This document shows positions 26,547 through 36,001 of a stretch of 64,000 nt of DNA, in pieces. How positions within the stretch are numbered: the first letter of the stretch is position 1; each line of letters opens with the position of its first letter. Location: positions 527,127-591,126 of the forward strand of contig OZ252244.1 of the NCBI GenBank assembly GCA_965249575.1, given 5' to 3'. Both the position numbers and the translations under genes were made by a program. The notes beneath the pieces were generated by a model. That model was not told the origin of the DNA and searched no databases. It was given only the letters and a program-made list of their open reading frames with translations. Source of the stretch: Gemmatimonadales bacterium (GTDB lineage Bacteria > Gemmatimonadota > Gemmatimonadetes > Gemmatimonadales > GWC2-71-9).

Positions 26547-28910
26547 ATGCAACTCCTTCTTTTTCTAACCGTCCTCCAGACTAGCGCCGAGCCCGTGCAG
26601 ACGCCCGCACCCGCATTCGCGCCGGCGGTATTCCACGGGCGACGCAATCAGACTGACGTCGCGCTCCCGCGCCTAGAGACCGACGTCGTCATCGATGGAA
26701 TACTCGACGAGGACGTGTGGCGACGCGCCGCTGTTCTTACGGGATTCTCCCAGTTCTCGCCGGTGGACGGTCGTCCGGCGGACGATTCGACCGACGTGCT
26801 CGTGTGGTACGCGCCCACGGCGATCTACTTCGGGATCCGCGCCTTCGCCGACCCGGGCACTGTCCGAGCGACCCTTGCGGACCGTGACAAGCTCACCGGC
26901 GACGACTTCTTTCAAATCCTGCTCGACACCTTCGACGACGGTCGCCAGGCGCTGGTGTTTGCCGTTAACCCGCTGGGGGTGCAGGCCGATGGTGTCCGCA
27001 CGGAGTCACAGCAGGGCGCGCGACGGGGGAACAACGAGGCCACCGACGACGAAGTCGACCTCAGTCCCGACTTCGTATTCGAGTCCCGCGGCCGGCTCAC
27101 CGAATGGGGTTACGCGGTAGAAGTCCGCATTCCGTTCAAGAGCATCCGGTACCGGTCCGTCGAGATCCAGCGCTGGCGACTGAATATTCTCCGGAAGGTT
27201 CAGGCAACGGGATACGAGCACACCTGGACCCCGGCGCGGCGGGCGAACGCGTCGTTCCTGGCTCAATCCGGGAGGTTGCAGGGTCTGCGATCCTTGAGCC
27301 GAGGTCTGGTACTCGACATCAACCCAGAAACGACGGCGAAAATCGACGGCACCCGGGGCACCACGGGTTGGGATTACGAGACGACCCGGCCGGAGCTGGG
27401 CGGCAACGTCCGCTGGGGTGTGACCACGAATCTGAGCCTCGCCGCGACCGCCAATCCAGACTTCTCCAACATCGAAGCGGACGTAGCGCAGGCGCCGAGC
27501 GATCCACGGTTCGCAGTGTCGTTTCCAGAGAAACGGCCTTTCTTCCTCGAGGGAAGCGAGCAGTTCGCGGCCCGGAACTCGCTGATCTACACACGGCGGA
27601 TCGCGGACCCGGTGGGCGCGCTCAAGCTTGCGGGCAAGGCTTCGGGCATCAATGTCGGGCTGCTATCCGCCGTCGACGCTCGCATTACTTCCGCCACAGG
27701 GAACGACTACCCGGTGTTCAACGTTCTGCGGCTCAAGGGAGACCTCGGGCCGCAGTCCAGCGCGGGGGTGGTGTATACCGACCGGATCGAAGGATCGGAT
27801 TACAATCGGCTGGCGGTCGCCGACGCCCGGCTCGTGTTCGGAGGCATCTACTCCTTCGAGATGCAGGCTGGGCAGAGCTTCACACGCACCGGGGGAGTGA
27901 GTACCCGAGGCCCGATTTGGGAAGGTGCCATTGATCGGAATGGTCGGAGGTTTGGCTTCAACCTCCGCGTGACCGGCATCCACCCCGACTTCGAGGCCCA
28001 GACGGGCTTCATCCGGCGGCGGGGATTCATCCAGCCGAGCTTCCGGGCGCGACACACCGTATACGGACGCCCAGGAGCCGCGCTCGAGCGCTACCAGCTC
28101 GGTTTCTTCACCTATGGATATTGGCGCTACGACGACTTCTTCGGGGAGCGGGTACCCTACGAGCATCAGCTCGGCTTCCAAAACAACTTCGTGCTGCGGG
28201 GTGGGTGGAGCTTGCGGATAAACCCGATCTGGGAATCAATCGACTTCGATCCCGATTTTTTCGCCGACTACGGGGTCGAACGCCAGCTTCCGGGCGGCTC
28301 GGTCGACACGGTCGGGTTCGTCGTCCCGGGACGCATTCACAATTGGGGAATCTCCGGTGGGTTCTCGACGCCGCAGCTCAAGCGCTTTGCCGCGTCATTC
28401 GGAGGCGTCATAGCACATGACATCGCATGGTTCGAACGCCGCGAGGCACTGCTGCTGTCCTTGCGTCCCGCGGCGACGTGGCGGCCATCCGACCGGATCC
28501 GGATCGAAGCGCAGCACACCCACCTGGAGTTCCGCCGGTTCAGCGACTGGTCGAGGTTCATCACGGCGGACATCCCGCGGCTCAAGGTCGAATACCAGGT
28601 CTCCCGGCCCCTCTTCGTGCGTCTGGTCGCGCAGTACGAGGCTCGCATTCACGATGCGTTCCGCGACCCGCGCACGGAGGAGCCCATCCTGATCCGGCCC
28701 GGTCCCGGCCTGCCCTACGAGGCCACCCAGCGAAGCGAAACCAATCGGCTTCGCGTGGACTGGTTGTTCTCCTACCGCCCGAACCCGGGCACCGTGCTCT
28801 TTCTGGGATACGGCTCGAGTCTCGATGAGACAAGCGCGTTCTCGTTCCGAAATCTGTCTCGTACCAGTGACGGGTTCTTCGCCAAGCTCAGCTATCTGTT
28901 TCGGATGTGA
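26547..28910 (+). CDS. DUF5916-type protein with N-terminal CBM9-like domain (outer-membrane-type)
   Basis: The probable start is ATG at 26547 (MQLLLFLTVLQTSAEP) or 26514; the track start at 26319 overlaps the divergent gene. ..VVIDGILDEDVWRRAAVLTGFSQFSPVDGRPADDSTDVLVWYAPTAIYFGIRAF..DDFFQILLDTFDDGRQALVFAVNPLGVQADG.. A long beta-rich C-terminal part ends ..GFFAKLSYLFRM. Confidence 0.7.
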   Translation: MQLLLFLTVLQTSAEPVQTPAPAFAPAVFHGRRNQTDVALPRLETDVVIDGILDEDVWRRAAVLTGFSQFSPVDGRPADDSTDVLVWYAPTAIYFGIRAFADPGTVRATLADRDKLTGDDFFQILLDTFDDGRQALVFAVNPLGVQADGVRTESQQGARRGNNEATDDEVDLSPDFVFESRGRLTEWGYAVEVRIPFKSIRYRSVEIQRWRLNILRKVQATGYEHTWTPARRANASFLAQSGRLQGLRSLSRGLVLDINPETTAKIDGTRGTTGWDYETTRPELGGNVRWGVTTNLSLAATANPDFSNIEADVAQAPSDPRFAVSFPEKRPFFLEGSEQFAARNSLIYTRRIADPVGALKLAGKASGINVGLLSAVDARITSATGNDYPVFNVLRLKGDLGPQSSAGVVYTDRIEGSDYNRLAVADARLVFGGIYSFEMQAGQSFTRTGGVSTRGPIWEGAIDRNGRRFGFNLRVTGIHPDFEAQTGFIRRRGFIQPSFRARHTVYGRPGAALERYQLGFFTYGYWRYDDFFGERVPYEHQLGFQNNFVLRGGWSLRINPIWESIDFDPDFFADYGVERQLPGGSVDTVGFVVPGRIHNWGISGGFSTPQLKRFAASFGGVIAHDIAWFERREALLLSLRPAATWRPSDRIRIEAQHTHLEFRRFSDWSRFITADIPRLKVEYQVSRPLFVRLVAQYEARIHDAFRDPRTEEPILIRPGPGLPYEATQRSETNRLRVDWLFSYRPNPGTVLFLGYGSSLDETSAFSFRNLSRTSDGFFAKLSYLFRM

Positions 28911-28989
28911 CGACGCATTGCGCATTGGGCGATGACGAATGACAATGAAAAATGAATCTCCCCCTTCTCGGTCTTCAGAGGATATATCA

Positions 28990-30393
28990 ATGATTCGCAA
29001 GAACACCCCCGCTCCCGTGCGCCCAGCCGTGTTCGTGTTGCTCCTGCTCGTCGGTGTCGCCGGCGTGGCCCAGGCACAGTACCCTCCCGGCGAGCAGGGG
29101 AGCCGCAACGTGCGCATCATGTCCCATCTACCCCTCGGCCGTGCGTTCAGCGTATCGGACATCGAGATGGAACAGGAACTCTCGCGCCCATACGTGTACG
29201 TCGCGCGAATGTTGGTACACGGCACCGAGATCATCAGCATCAAGGATCCGGAGAACGCCGAGGTGATTTACTCGTGGCGGATCGACAATCCCGAGCTACA
29301 CCAAGGGAACGGCGGGATGGACAACAAGTACTTCAAGCTCAAGGGCCGATATTACGACGTTCAGTCGTTTCAGTTCGGCCGGAGTGGTCCGGACGCCGAC
29401 GTTGGGGCGGTCGTGCTAGACGTCACGAGCTTGCCCGACGTATCGAAGGTCAAGGAAGTCGGTCGTATCCGGGCGCCGGATCGACCAGGGGGCTTTCACA
29501 ACATCTTCGCGTACAAGCACTCCGACGGCAGGGTGCTGCTGTTCACGACAACCACCGGACCCTCGGTGAACGTCTACGACATGGAGCGGTTCCTCGCCGG
29601 GGATTCGCGACAGGGCTACGTGGGCAGCATCCCGACGCCTGACAACGCGACGGCCGGGATGCCGGAGTTTCTCTCACGCGCACTCCCAGGGTACCACGAC
29701 GTCTACGTAGGCTACGACCCCGCCACTCGCCAGGACAAGTTCTACGGTGGTGGCGCGGGTGGTTACTACATTTACGACGTGAGCCGGGTTGAGGCACCGA
29801 CACTCGTGACCTCAGTAACTGGAATGGCTGGGGTACCGTTCGGGCACACGTTCACGCCCACGCCCGATGGCCGGTATGCCGTCCTCGAGACGGAGTATCA
29901 GTACGCACCGTTGCGGATCGTGGACCTGAAACCGGGCCTGGATGGTGAGGTCAGAACAGTCTCACGACCTATCGGTGCCTGGACCGCGCGCTGGCAGGGG
30001 CTTCCGCACAATCACGAGGTGCGTTGGCCCTATGTGTTCGTCTCCCACTATGAGGATGGCCTGCACATCTTCAACATGACGGATCCGACGAACCCGTATA
30101 CCGTTGGTTACTACGACTCCTACGACGGGCCCCACCAGCGGGGGTACGGCGGAGCCAATGACCCGGAAAGTAGCACGGGAGTCACCAGCGGAGCGTTTGG
30201 CGTGGATGTTCGCAACGCGGACGGGCTCATCGTACTGAGCGACTTCAGGACCGGCTTCTGGGCGTTCAAGATGGACGGCTTCGACGGCTGGAACGGCCAC
30301 CAATGGGGCATGCCGAACGTGTCATCGGTCCAGGACTGGGATAACGGACCGGAGGGCGCCCCAACGGCCGCGCGCGTGAGCGCGCGCGAGTGA
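28990..30393 (+). CDS. Secreted beta-propeller protein, paralog B
   Basis: The likely start is ATG at 28990 (MIRKNTPAPVRPAVFVLLLLVGVAGVAQA/QYPPGEQGS); the track start is 28939. It lies 79 nt downstream of the DUF5916 gene on the same strand. Confidence 0.85.
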   Translation: MIRKNTPAPVRPAVFVLLLLVGVAGVAQAQYPPGEQGSRNVRIMSHLPLGRAFSVSDIEMEQELSRPYVYVARMLVHGTEIISIKDPENAEVIYSWRIDNPELHQGNGGMDNKYFKLKGRYYDVQSFQFGRSGPDADVGAVVLDVTSLPDVSKVKEVGRIRAPDRPGGFHNIFAYKHSDGRVLLFTTTTGPSVNVYDMERFLAGDSRQGYVGSIPTPDNATAGMPEFLSRALPGYHDVYVGYDPATRQDKFYGGGAGGYYIYDVSRVEAPTLVTSVTGMAGVPFGHTFTPTPDGRYAVLETEYQYAPLRIVDLKPGLDGEVRTVSRPIGAWTARWQGLPHNHEVRWPYVFVSHYEDGLHIFNMTDPTNPYTVGYYDSYDGPHQRGYGGANDPESSTGVTSGAFGVDVRNADGLIVLSDFRTGFWAFKMDGFDGWNGHQWGMPNVSSVQDWDNGPEGAPTAARVSARE

Positions 30394-30423
30394 GGAGGGC
30401 CCCTCCCCACTCGACCCGGCCTA

Positions 30424-30497
30424 GTGAGCAGTAAGCGGTGACCCGTCCCCACCCGTATGCGGTTGGGACGGGGATGGGTAGCCTCCTTAATGCTCAC
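30424..30497. terminator. Composite palindrome between convergent paralogs B and C (candidate bidirectional terminator / REP-like element)
   Basis: The outer arms are GTGAGCAGTAAG (30424-30435) and CTTAATGCTCAC (30486-30497), matching at 11 of 12 positions. The inner stem is CCCGTCCCCACC (30442-30453) against GGTTGGGACGGGG (30461-30473). No U-tract. Confidence 0.5.
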
Positions 30498-30561
30498 TTG
30501 GGAGAGGGGAAGGAGGGTGAACGCCTCACTCGGGGTGATGGGAGGCGATGGGGCCCGCCGC

Positions 30562-31914
30562 TCAGCTCACCCTCGTCGGCCCGGTCGCCCCGTCCGGTCC
30601 ATTATCCCAATCTTGCGCCGACGAGATATTCGGCACCCCCCACCGATGGCCATTCCAGCCGTCGAACCCGTCCATTCTCATGGTCCAGAACCCCGTATAC
30701 ATGTCGCCGACAACGATGAGCCCGTCGGCGTTTCGCACGTCCACCCCGAACGCACCGTTGTCCACTACCGTGCCGTTCTCGGGATCGTCGATCCCTCCAA
30801 ACCCCCGCTGATGGGGCCCCTCGTAGGTGTCGTAGTATCCGACAGAATACGGATTTGCCGGATCCATCACGTTGATCACATGCAGGCCGTCCTCGTAGCC
30901 GGCCACGAACACGTACGGCCAGCGCACCTCCAAGTTGTGAACCACGTTCCGCCAGTCGGGAGTCCAGGCACCTACCGGACGGGAAACGGTTTGCACGTCG
31001 CCCTCTAAGCCCGGCTCGAGGTCGAATACCCTTACGGGCGCGAACTGGTACGCCGTGCTCTCCAGAGCGTATCGTCCGTCGGGTGTTGGCGTAAACGTGT
31101 GCCCCCGCGTAATTCCCGCCACGCCGGCGACCGTGGTGAGGAGCCTGGGGGTCTCTGGAAGACTGACGTCGAACACGAAGTACGCCCCCCCGGCTCCGTA
31201 GAACTTGTCTTGGCGACTCGCCGGGTCATATCCGACGTAGAGGTCGTGGTAGACCCTGTACGTCGAGGGATCGTCTGGGAGCGGGATGCGCGATACGAGC
31301 CCGGCGTTTGGATCTCCGGCGAGAAAGCGTCCCATATCGTAAACGTTGGCGTGGCGCCCCGCGGTCGTGGTGAACAGCAACACCCGCCCATCGGAGTGTT
31401 TGTAGGCGAAGATATTGTGAAAGCCGCCGGGGGTGTCGGCGGCACGAATGCGGCCCACCTCCTCTATGAGGCTCGTGTCCGGAAGGCCCGTGACATCCAA
31501 CACGACCGCGCCCAAATCCGCGTCGGGACTGGCAGTGACGAACTGGAAGGACTGTATGTCGTAGTAACGGCCTCCCAGCTTGAAGTACTTGTTATCCATG
31601 GCGCCGACGCCGCGGTGCAGCTCGGGCTCCCCGATCCGCCAGTAGTAGAGGATCCGGGGCCTGCGCGGATCTCGAACGTCGATGATGTTGAGCCCCGCCG
31701 AGTGCGTGGACCCGTGCATGCGAGAGACATATGCGAAGGGGCGGGAGAGCTCCTGCTCGAGCTCCACATCGGTGACGGTGAACTGACGCCCGAGCCCGAT
31801 GTGAGCGAGTATGTCCATGTTCGTGCTTCCCTGCTGTCCGGGTGGGTATTGCCCACCGACGGGACTCGCCAGTAGCGACCCGAGCCCCACCAGAAATACG
31901 TAACGCCAGTACAT
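30562..31914 (-). CDS. Secreted beta-propeller protein, paralog C
   Basis: The likely start is ATG at 31914, preceded by TCAGGAGACGAC (MYWRYVFLVGLGSLLASPVGG/QYPPGQQGS). The track start at 32166 would overlap the upstream gene. Confidence 0.85.
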   Translation of the reverse strand: MYWRYVFLVGLGSLLASPVGGQYPPGQQGSTNMDILAHIGLGRQFTVTDVELEQELSRPFAYVSRMHGSTHSAGLNIIDVRDPRRPRILYYWRIGEPELHRGVGAMDNKYFKLGGRYYDIQSFQFVTASPDADLGAVVLDVTGLPDTSLIEEVGRIRAADTPGGFHNIFAYKHSDGRVLLFTTTAGRHANVYDMGRFLAGDPNAGLVSRIPLPDDPSTYRVYHDLYVGYDPASRQDKFYGAGGAYFVFDVSLPETPRLLTTVAGVAGITRGHTFTPTPDGRYALESTAYQFAPVRVFDLEPGLEGDVQTVSRPVGAWTPDWRNVVHNLEVRWPYVFVAGYEDGLHVINVMDPANPYSVGYYDTYEGPHQRGFGGIDDPENGTVVDNGAFGVDVRNADGLIVVGDMYTGFWTMRMDGFDGWNGHRWGVPNISSAQDWDNGPDGATGPTRVS

Positions 31915-32006
31915 GTCGTCTCCTGAGAAGGGCATGGCGCGGAGAGGCCCGCCCGTCAGCCGTGTGCAGCGCTGGTCAGGCGGTGTGACCTCCCCTCCGT
32001 CACCAT

Positions 32007-32396
32007 TTACCCCGGACTCTTCAAGTGCGATGGACGCGGCGTGAGTACCATCAGCACCACGCCGATAATGATCAGGGCCGGCACGTCTCCGATCAGGTTC
32101 GCTCGCTCCCCGGGATCGGCGACCGCCTGGACCAGCATGATCAACCCATGGATGAGGGTCTGCCATGCCGCAAACCAGATCAGGCTCAAGTGCTCCAGAG
32201 GATTGCGCGCAGCGAGAAAGAGGAAAACGCCAAGCACTGCAATGGTGCCGAGGATCATCTGCTCGTACTCACTCTGGCGCGGCTCCCAGGCAAACCCAGC
32301 GGGCCACAGCTGCATGAGCGGGAAGACACCGACAACGAAGATGACACCGATGATTCTCAGCGCAATACTGAGCGCAGCCGTGTTGGGTGCGGCCAT
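32007..32396 (-). CDS. Four-TM membrane protein, hypothetical; 92 nt upstream of paralog C on the same strand
   Basis: 129 aa. LRIIGVIFVVGVFPLMQLW, ILGTIAVLGVFLFLAA, LIWFAAWQTLIHGLIMLV, IGDVPALIIIGVVLMVL. Confidence 0.6.
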   Translation of the reverse strand: MAAPNTAALSIALRIIGVIFVVGVFPLMQLWPAGFAWEPRQSEYEQMILGTIAVLGVFLFLAARNPLEHLSLIWFAAWQTLIHGLIMLVQAVADPGERANLIGDVPALIIIGVVLMVLTPRPSHLKSPG

Positions 32397-32536
32397 GTCA
32401 GTCTCCTTGTTCTGGGATCGGTGAGGTTCGCGTTAGCGGAAACTCCCGCGGGCCGCATCGTTCGATCACGACGCGGATCTGCCAATCTGCAGCGTGCACT
32501 CCACGTTCCGCAATTGCACACGCTGAGACACCCACG

Positions 32537-32546
32537 CCCCCCCCCC
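32537..32546. repeat. C10 homopolymer in a divergent intergenic region
   Basis: acgCCCCCCCCCCtgg, between the minus gene start at 32396 and the plus gene start at 32622. Confidence 0.95.
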
Positions 32547-32621
32547 TGGCCGGATGAATCTTTTGGCGTCAGACTTGACGCTGCGCATCTACCCTCCTCC
32601 CACAGGACGTGACTAACGCCC

Positions 32622-33536
32622 GTGCTCGAGATTCTGGGTTCCTTCGACGCCAAGGTCTGGCTTCTTATCTGCCTGGCCGTCGTGGCCGCGTACTTCGGAT
32701 TCCAGTTCCTGAGGGCGGTTCTAAGGAGAAGGGGTAAGGCGGATACCGGGATCGCGCCGAGCGGCGGGCAACTCGCCACCGGCTTCGTGACGAACTTCTT
32801 CGACACGCTGGGGATCGGCTCCTTCGCGCCGACCACCTCCGCGTTCAAGTTCTGGCGCATGGTCCCCGATGAACGCATCCCGGGCACGCTGAACGTCGGT
32901 CACACGCTCCCCGTGATACTTCAGACGTTCATCTACACCCGTATCGTGCCCGTCGAAGCACCAACGCTGATTCTCATGATCGGTGGAGCCGTGGCCGGCG
33001 CCTGGCTCGGCGCCGGCGTCGTCGCGGGGCTGCCACGGCGAACGATTCAACTCGGCATGGGAGGTGCGCTCGTTGCCGCCGCTGGCCTGATGGTGACCGC
33101 GCAAGTGGGTCTTCTACCCACCGGCGGCGAGGCGTTAGGGCTGCGGGGCCCTCTCCTCGGTGTTGCCGTGGCGAGCAACTTCGTGCTCGGTGCACTCATG
33201 ACGTTGGGCATTGGGCTGTGCGCGCGCTGCATGATTCTGGTGAGCCTGCTCGGCATGAACCCCATCTCGGCCTTCCCGATCATGATGGGCTCCTGCGCGT
33301 TTCTCATGCCGGTCGGCAGCACCAGGTTCGTGCGCAAGGGAAGCTTCAGCGCGCGGGCCGCCATCGGACTCACCGTGGGCGGTCTGCCAGCTATCCTCCT
33401 TGCGGCGTTTCTCGTCAAATCGCTGCCGCTGACGGCCGTTCGATGGCTGGTCATCGTCGTGGTGCTCTACGCGGCGATCGCGCTGCTGCGGTCGGCGCAC
33501 CTCGGCCGGGCGCCTGCCCCGGCGGCCGTGAGCTGA
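32622..33536 (+). CDS. TauE/SafE (TSUP) family anion exporter-like permease
   Basis: 304 aa, GTG start, polytopic. ..GFVTNFFDTLGIGSFAPTT..GGAVAGAWLGAGVVAGLP..LTVGGLPAILLAAFLVKSLP.. Confidence 0.7.
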   Translation: MLEILGSFDAKVWLLICLAVVAAYFGFQFLRAVLRRRGKADTGIAPSGGQLATGFVTNFFDTLGIGSFAPTTSAFKFWRMVPDERIPGTLNVGHTLPVILQTFIYTRIVPVEAPTLILMIGGAVAGAWLGAGVVAGLPRRTIQLGMGGALVAAAGLMVTAQVGLLPTGGEALGLRGPLLGVAVASNFVLGALMTLGIGLCARCMILVSLLGMNPISAFPIMMGSCAFLMPVGSTRFVRKGSFSARAAIGLTVGGLPAILLAAFLVKSLPLTAVRWLVIVVVLYAAIALLRSAHLGRAPAPAAVS

Positions 33537-33541
33537 ACGCC

Positions 33542-34336
33542 CTACTCCGGGGCGCGCGTTACGGATAGATCTGGACGGCTCCGGAGGACCACGCTCTCAA
33601 CGCGGGTATAGGTTTCGTTGAAGCGCTCGATGAGCGCGGCCCCGTCTTCCCGCCCATACACCTCCGTGATCACGTCCGCAAAGGGTCGCTCTGGCAATTG
33701 AAACGCGGTCCAGGTGTCGTAGATCAGCACCACCGAGGTCTGTAAGTCGGGACTACCGACCACCGGCGAAATGAACACGTAATAGAGTGGAAAGTCTTGC
33801 TCGACGATCGCCTGATGAAACTGGATCGCAATTTCTCGAAAGCGGTCGACTTGACCGGGCTTCAGGTGATACGTCAGGAACTGCACGAGATTCACGGGCC
33901 TGCCATCGGGTAGCAGCCGTCGGTTCGTAGTGTCGCTGGCGGTAGTCATGGCGCTGATCGACTCCAACAACGGAGCCACGGTGGCCTGGAAGTGCGCCGT
34001 TCCTTCGATACCGAAACCAGCGTCGTACTCGTCGAAGTCCGCCCAGTTGTGCCCGGGTGATCGCACGAGGTAACTGCCCAGACTGCTACCCTGGACCACC
34101 TGCCAGACGGCCCAGGACCATGGGTCCTCATGCTCCTTGCGCCACGCGGCGTGCTCCCCGAGGGCCATCTCGAACTCGGGGCCCATGCCGACCTTCGGCG
34201 TCATCATGTAGGCGCGAGCGAGGGTGTTGGGTGCTTGCCCGTGGGCCCCTTCGCTCGCACTTACCGCGAGCAGCAACCCCAATACGGGAATCACCAGCAC
34301 GCGATGCGCGTAGCCCGTCACTGTAGATGTTCGCAC
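33542..34336 (-). CDS. Secreted hypothetical protein
   Basis: The likely start is GTG at 34336, preceded by CCAGGAGG (VRTSTVTGYAHRVLVIPVLGLLLAVSASEGAHGQ). The longer track ORF to 34471 overlaps the GAF gene. No family recognised. Confidence 0.55.
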   Translation of the reverse strand: MRTSTVTGYAHRVLVIPVLGLLLAVSASEGAHGQAPNTLARAYMMTPKVGMGPEFEMALGEHAAWRKEHEDPWSWAVWQVVQGSSLGSYLVRSPGHNWADFDEYDAGFGIEGTAHFQATVAPLLESISAMTTASDTTNRRLLPDGRPVNLVQFLTYHLKPGQVDRFREIAIQFHQAIVEQDFPLYYVFISPVVGSPDLQTSVVLIYDTWTAFQLPERPFADVITEVYGREDGAALIERFNETYTRVESVVLRSRPDLSVTRAPE

Positions 34337-34458
34337 TGAACCTCCTGGCTGTCTGAACGGACACAAATCGGAAAACGCGGACCGTGGTAGCGCAGCGGCG
34401 TTGGGCTGGGACCGGTTGGCGTCGCCCTGCTGGCGCGACCTACCCCCATCCCAAGGTG

Positions 34459-35034
34459 CTACTTCACGCACTCCGGGCAGAGATTGCCCAGGTCGATCCG
34501 AAGTTTGCCGCAGGACGAGCAGTAGGGCAGAAGCCCGCCCAAACGCTTCACCTCGGCCACCTGCCGCCGGAGCTCCATCTGGGCGATGACCTGCCGGGAC
34601 AACGCCTCGAGCGCATCCTGTTGCCCTCGCGTGAGATTGCGCGGCACGCGGTCAATGACGCAGAGCGTTCCCATGGCCTGTCCCTCGGAGATGCGCAGCG
34701 GGGACCCCGCATAGAACCGGATCTGTGGATCATCGAGCACGAGCGGGTTCCGCGCAAACCGATCATCCGCGAGCGCATCCGGCACGATCATCGTCTCGTT
34801 GCCCGCGATCACGTGCGCACAAAACGCCACGTCTCGGGGGGTCTGGGTGAGCTCGACGCCGACTCGGGACTTGAACCACTGGCGAGTCGAGTCGACGAGG
34901 CTGACCATAGCGATGGGCGTTGCACAGATGTGCGCGGCCAGCAGCGTGAGATCGTCGAACGCTTGTTCTGAAGGCGTATCGAGAATCTCGTACCGCTGGA
35001 GCGCCTCGACCCGCTCGGGCTCGTCCGGTAGCAC
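34459..35034 (-). CDS. GAF domain protein with C-terminal four-Cys tail
   Basis: 191 aa. ..RVEALQRYEILDTPSEQAFDDLTLLAAHICATPIAMVSLVD..RQWFKS..FCAHVI..DDRFARNPLV..IRFYAGSPL.. and the tail LLPYCSSCGKLRIDLGNLCPECVK. Confidence 0.8.
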   Translation of the reverse strand: MLPDEPERVEALQRYEILDTPSEQAFDDLTLLAAHICATPIAMVSLVDSTRQWFKSRVGVELTQTPRDVAFCAHVIAGNETMIVPDALADDRFARNPLVLDDPQIRFYAGSPLRISEGQAMGTLCVIDRVPRNLTRGQQDALEALSRQVIAQMELRRQVAEVKRLGGLLPYCSSCGKLRIDLGNLCPECVK

Positions 35035-35266
35035 CGGCGGCTGTGGATAAGCTCGCCCGGCACGATGGGGTTTCTTTGACAGACTTCAGGCCTCCAGAGA
35101 GTGGACGGCGTAGCCCACGGAATCGGCCGTCCAAGAGCGAATATGCGTGCGCGCCGTCAAGCGAGTCAATGAACTGACCATCACCCAACTCGTGAGCGAC
35201 GTTTCTCATGTTACCTTGCGCGCCACGCATCGAACGCGGTTGGTTTTCGAATTCAGGAGGGCACAG

Positions 35267-35803
35267 GTGGCCTCACCAGTGGGACACGCGATGGTGGGCG
35301 TTGCATCCGCGGCGGTGGTCGCCCGCGCCCTCGGAGTACCGGGCGCCCCCGCCCTGTGGATTGGGGCATTTGTCGCGTCCGGACTGCCGGACCTTGATTT
35401 GGTCTGCCATTTCCTCGGCAAGGTGGGCCCCCGCTTCCACCGCAACGCATCTCATTCCCTTATAGCACTCGGCACGCTCCTCGCGGCCGCCTGGACGGCC
35501 GGCCGGCTCCTTGGGATTCCGCTCGACGGCGCGCTCTTCCTCCCGTGGTCGGCAGCCCTCCTCTCCCATCCCCTCCTAGATTGGGTGACCACCGGACCGT
35601 CGCTGGCAAAGCGAGGGTATGGAATCGCGCTTTTCTGGCCGCTCGGCTCGCGACGCTGGTTTCTGAGCCGCCCCCTGCTCGATCAGGGCGCCGACTGGGT
35701 GGCCTTCCGGAGCGGACGCGATGCGTGGAACGCGCTACATCCTGAAATCGTTCGTCTCGGACCTCCCTCGGCAGCAGCTATCGCATTGGCGTTGTTGATC
35801 TAA
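35267..35803 (+). CDS. Membrane-bound metal-dependent hydrolase, YdjM/DUF457-like
   Basis: GTG at 35267 follows AGGAGGGCACAG. VASPVGHAMVGVASAAVV..GLPDLDLVCHF..FHRNASHSL.. Confidence 0.6.
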   Translation: MASPVGHAMVGVASAAVVARALGVPGAPALWIGAFVASGLPDLDLVCHFLGKVGPRFHRNASHSLIALGTLLAAAWTAGRLLGIPLDGALFLPWSAALLSHPLLDWVTTGPSLAKRGYGIALFWPLGSRRWFLSRPLLDQGADWVAFRSGRDAWNALHPEIVRLGPPSAAAIALALLI

Positions 35804-36001
35804 GCGCTGTCCGCACAAAGTCCGCGTGAGGAGAATCACCCGCCCGCAATCGTGGGAGTCACTGTCTTAACATCGGTGGGCCCCCACTTTGACTTCCGGC
35901 CGGGCTGGATGTCGCCAGCTCGGTACCGAGCGCGGTCGCGACGCCACCTAGGGCGCCCCCATGCGCCGTTACGCGACCGTTTTCAGTGACGGAGGTTTTG
36001 A

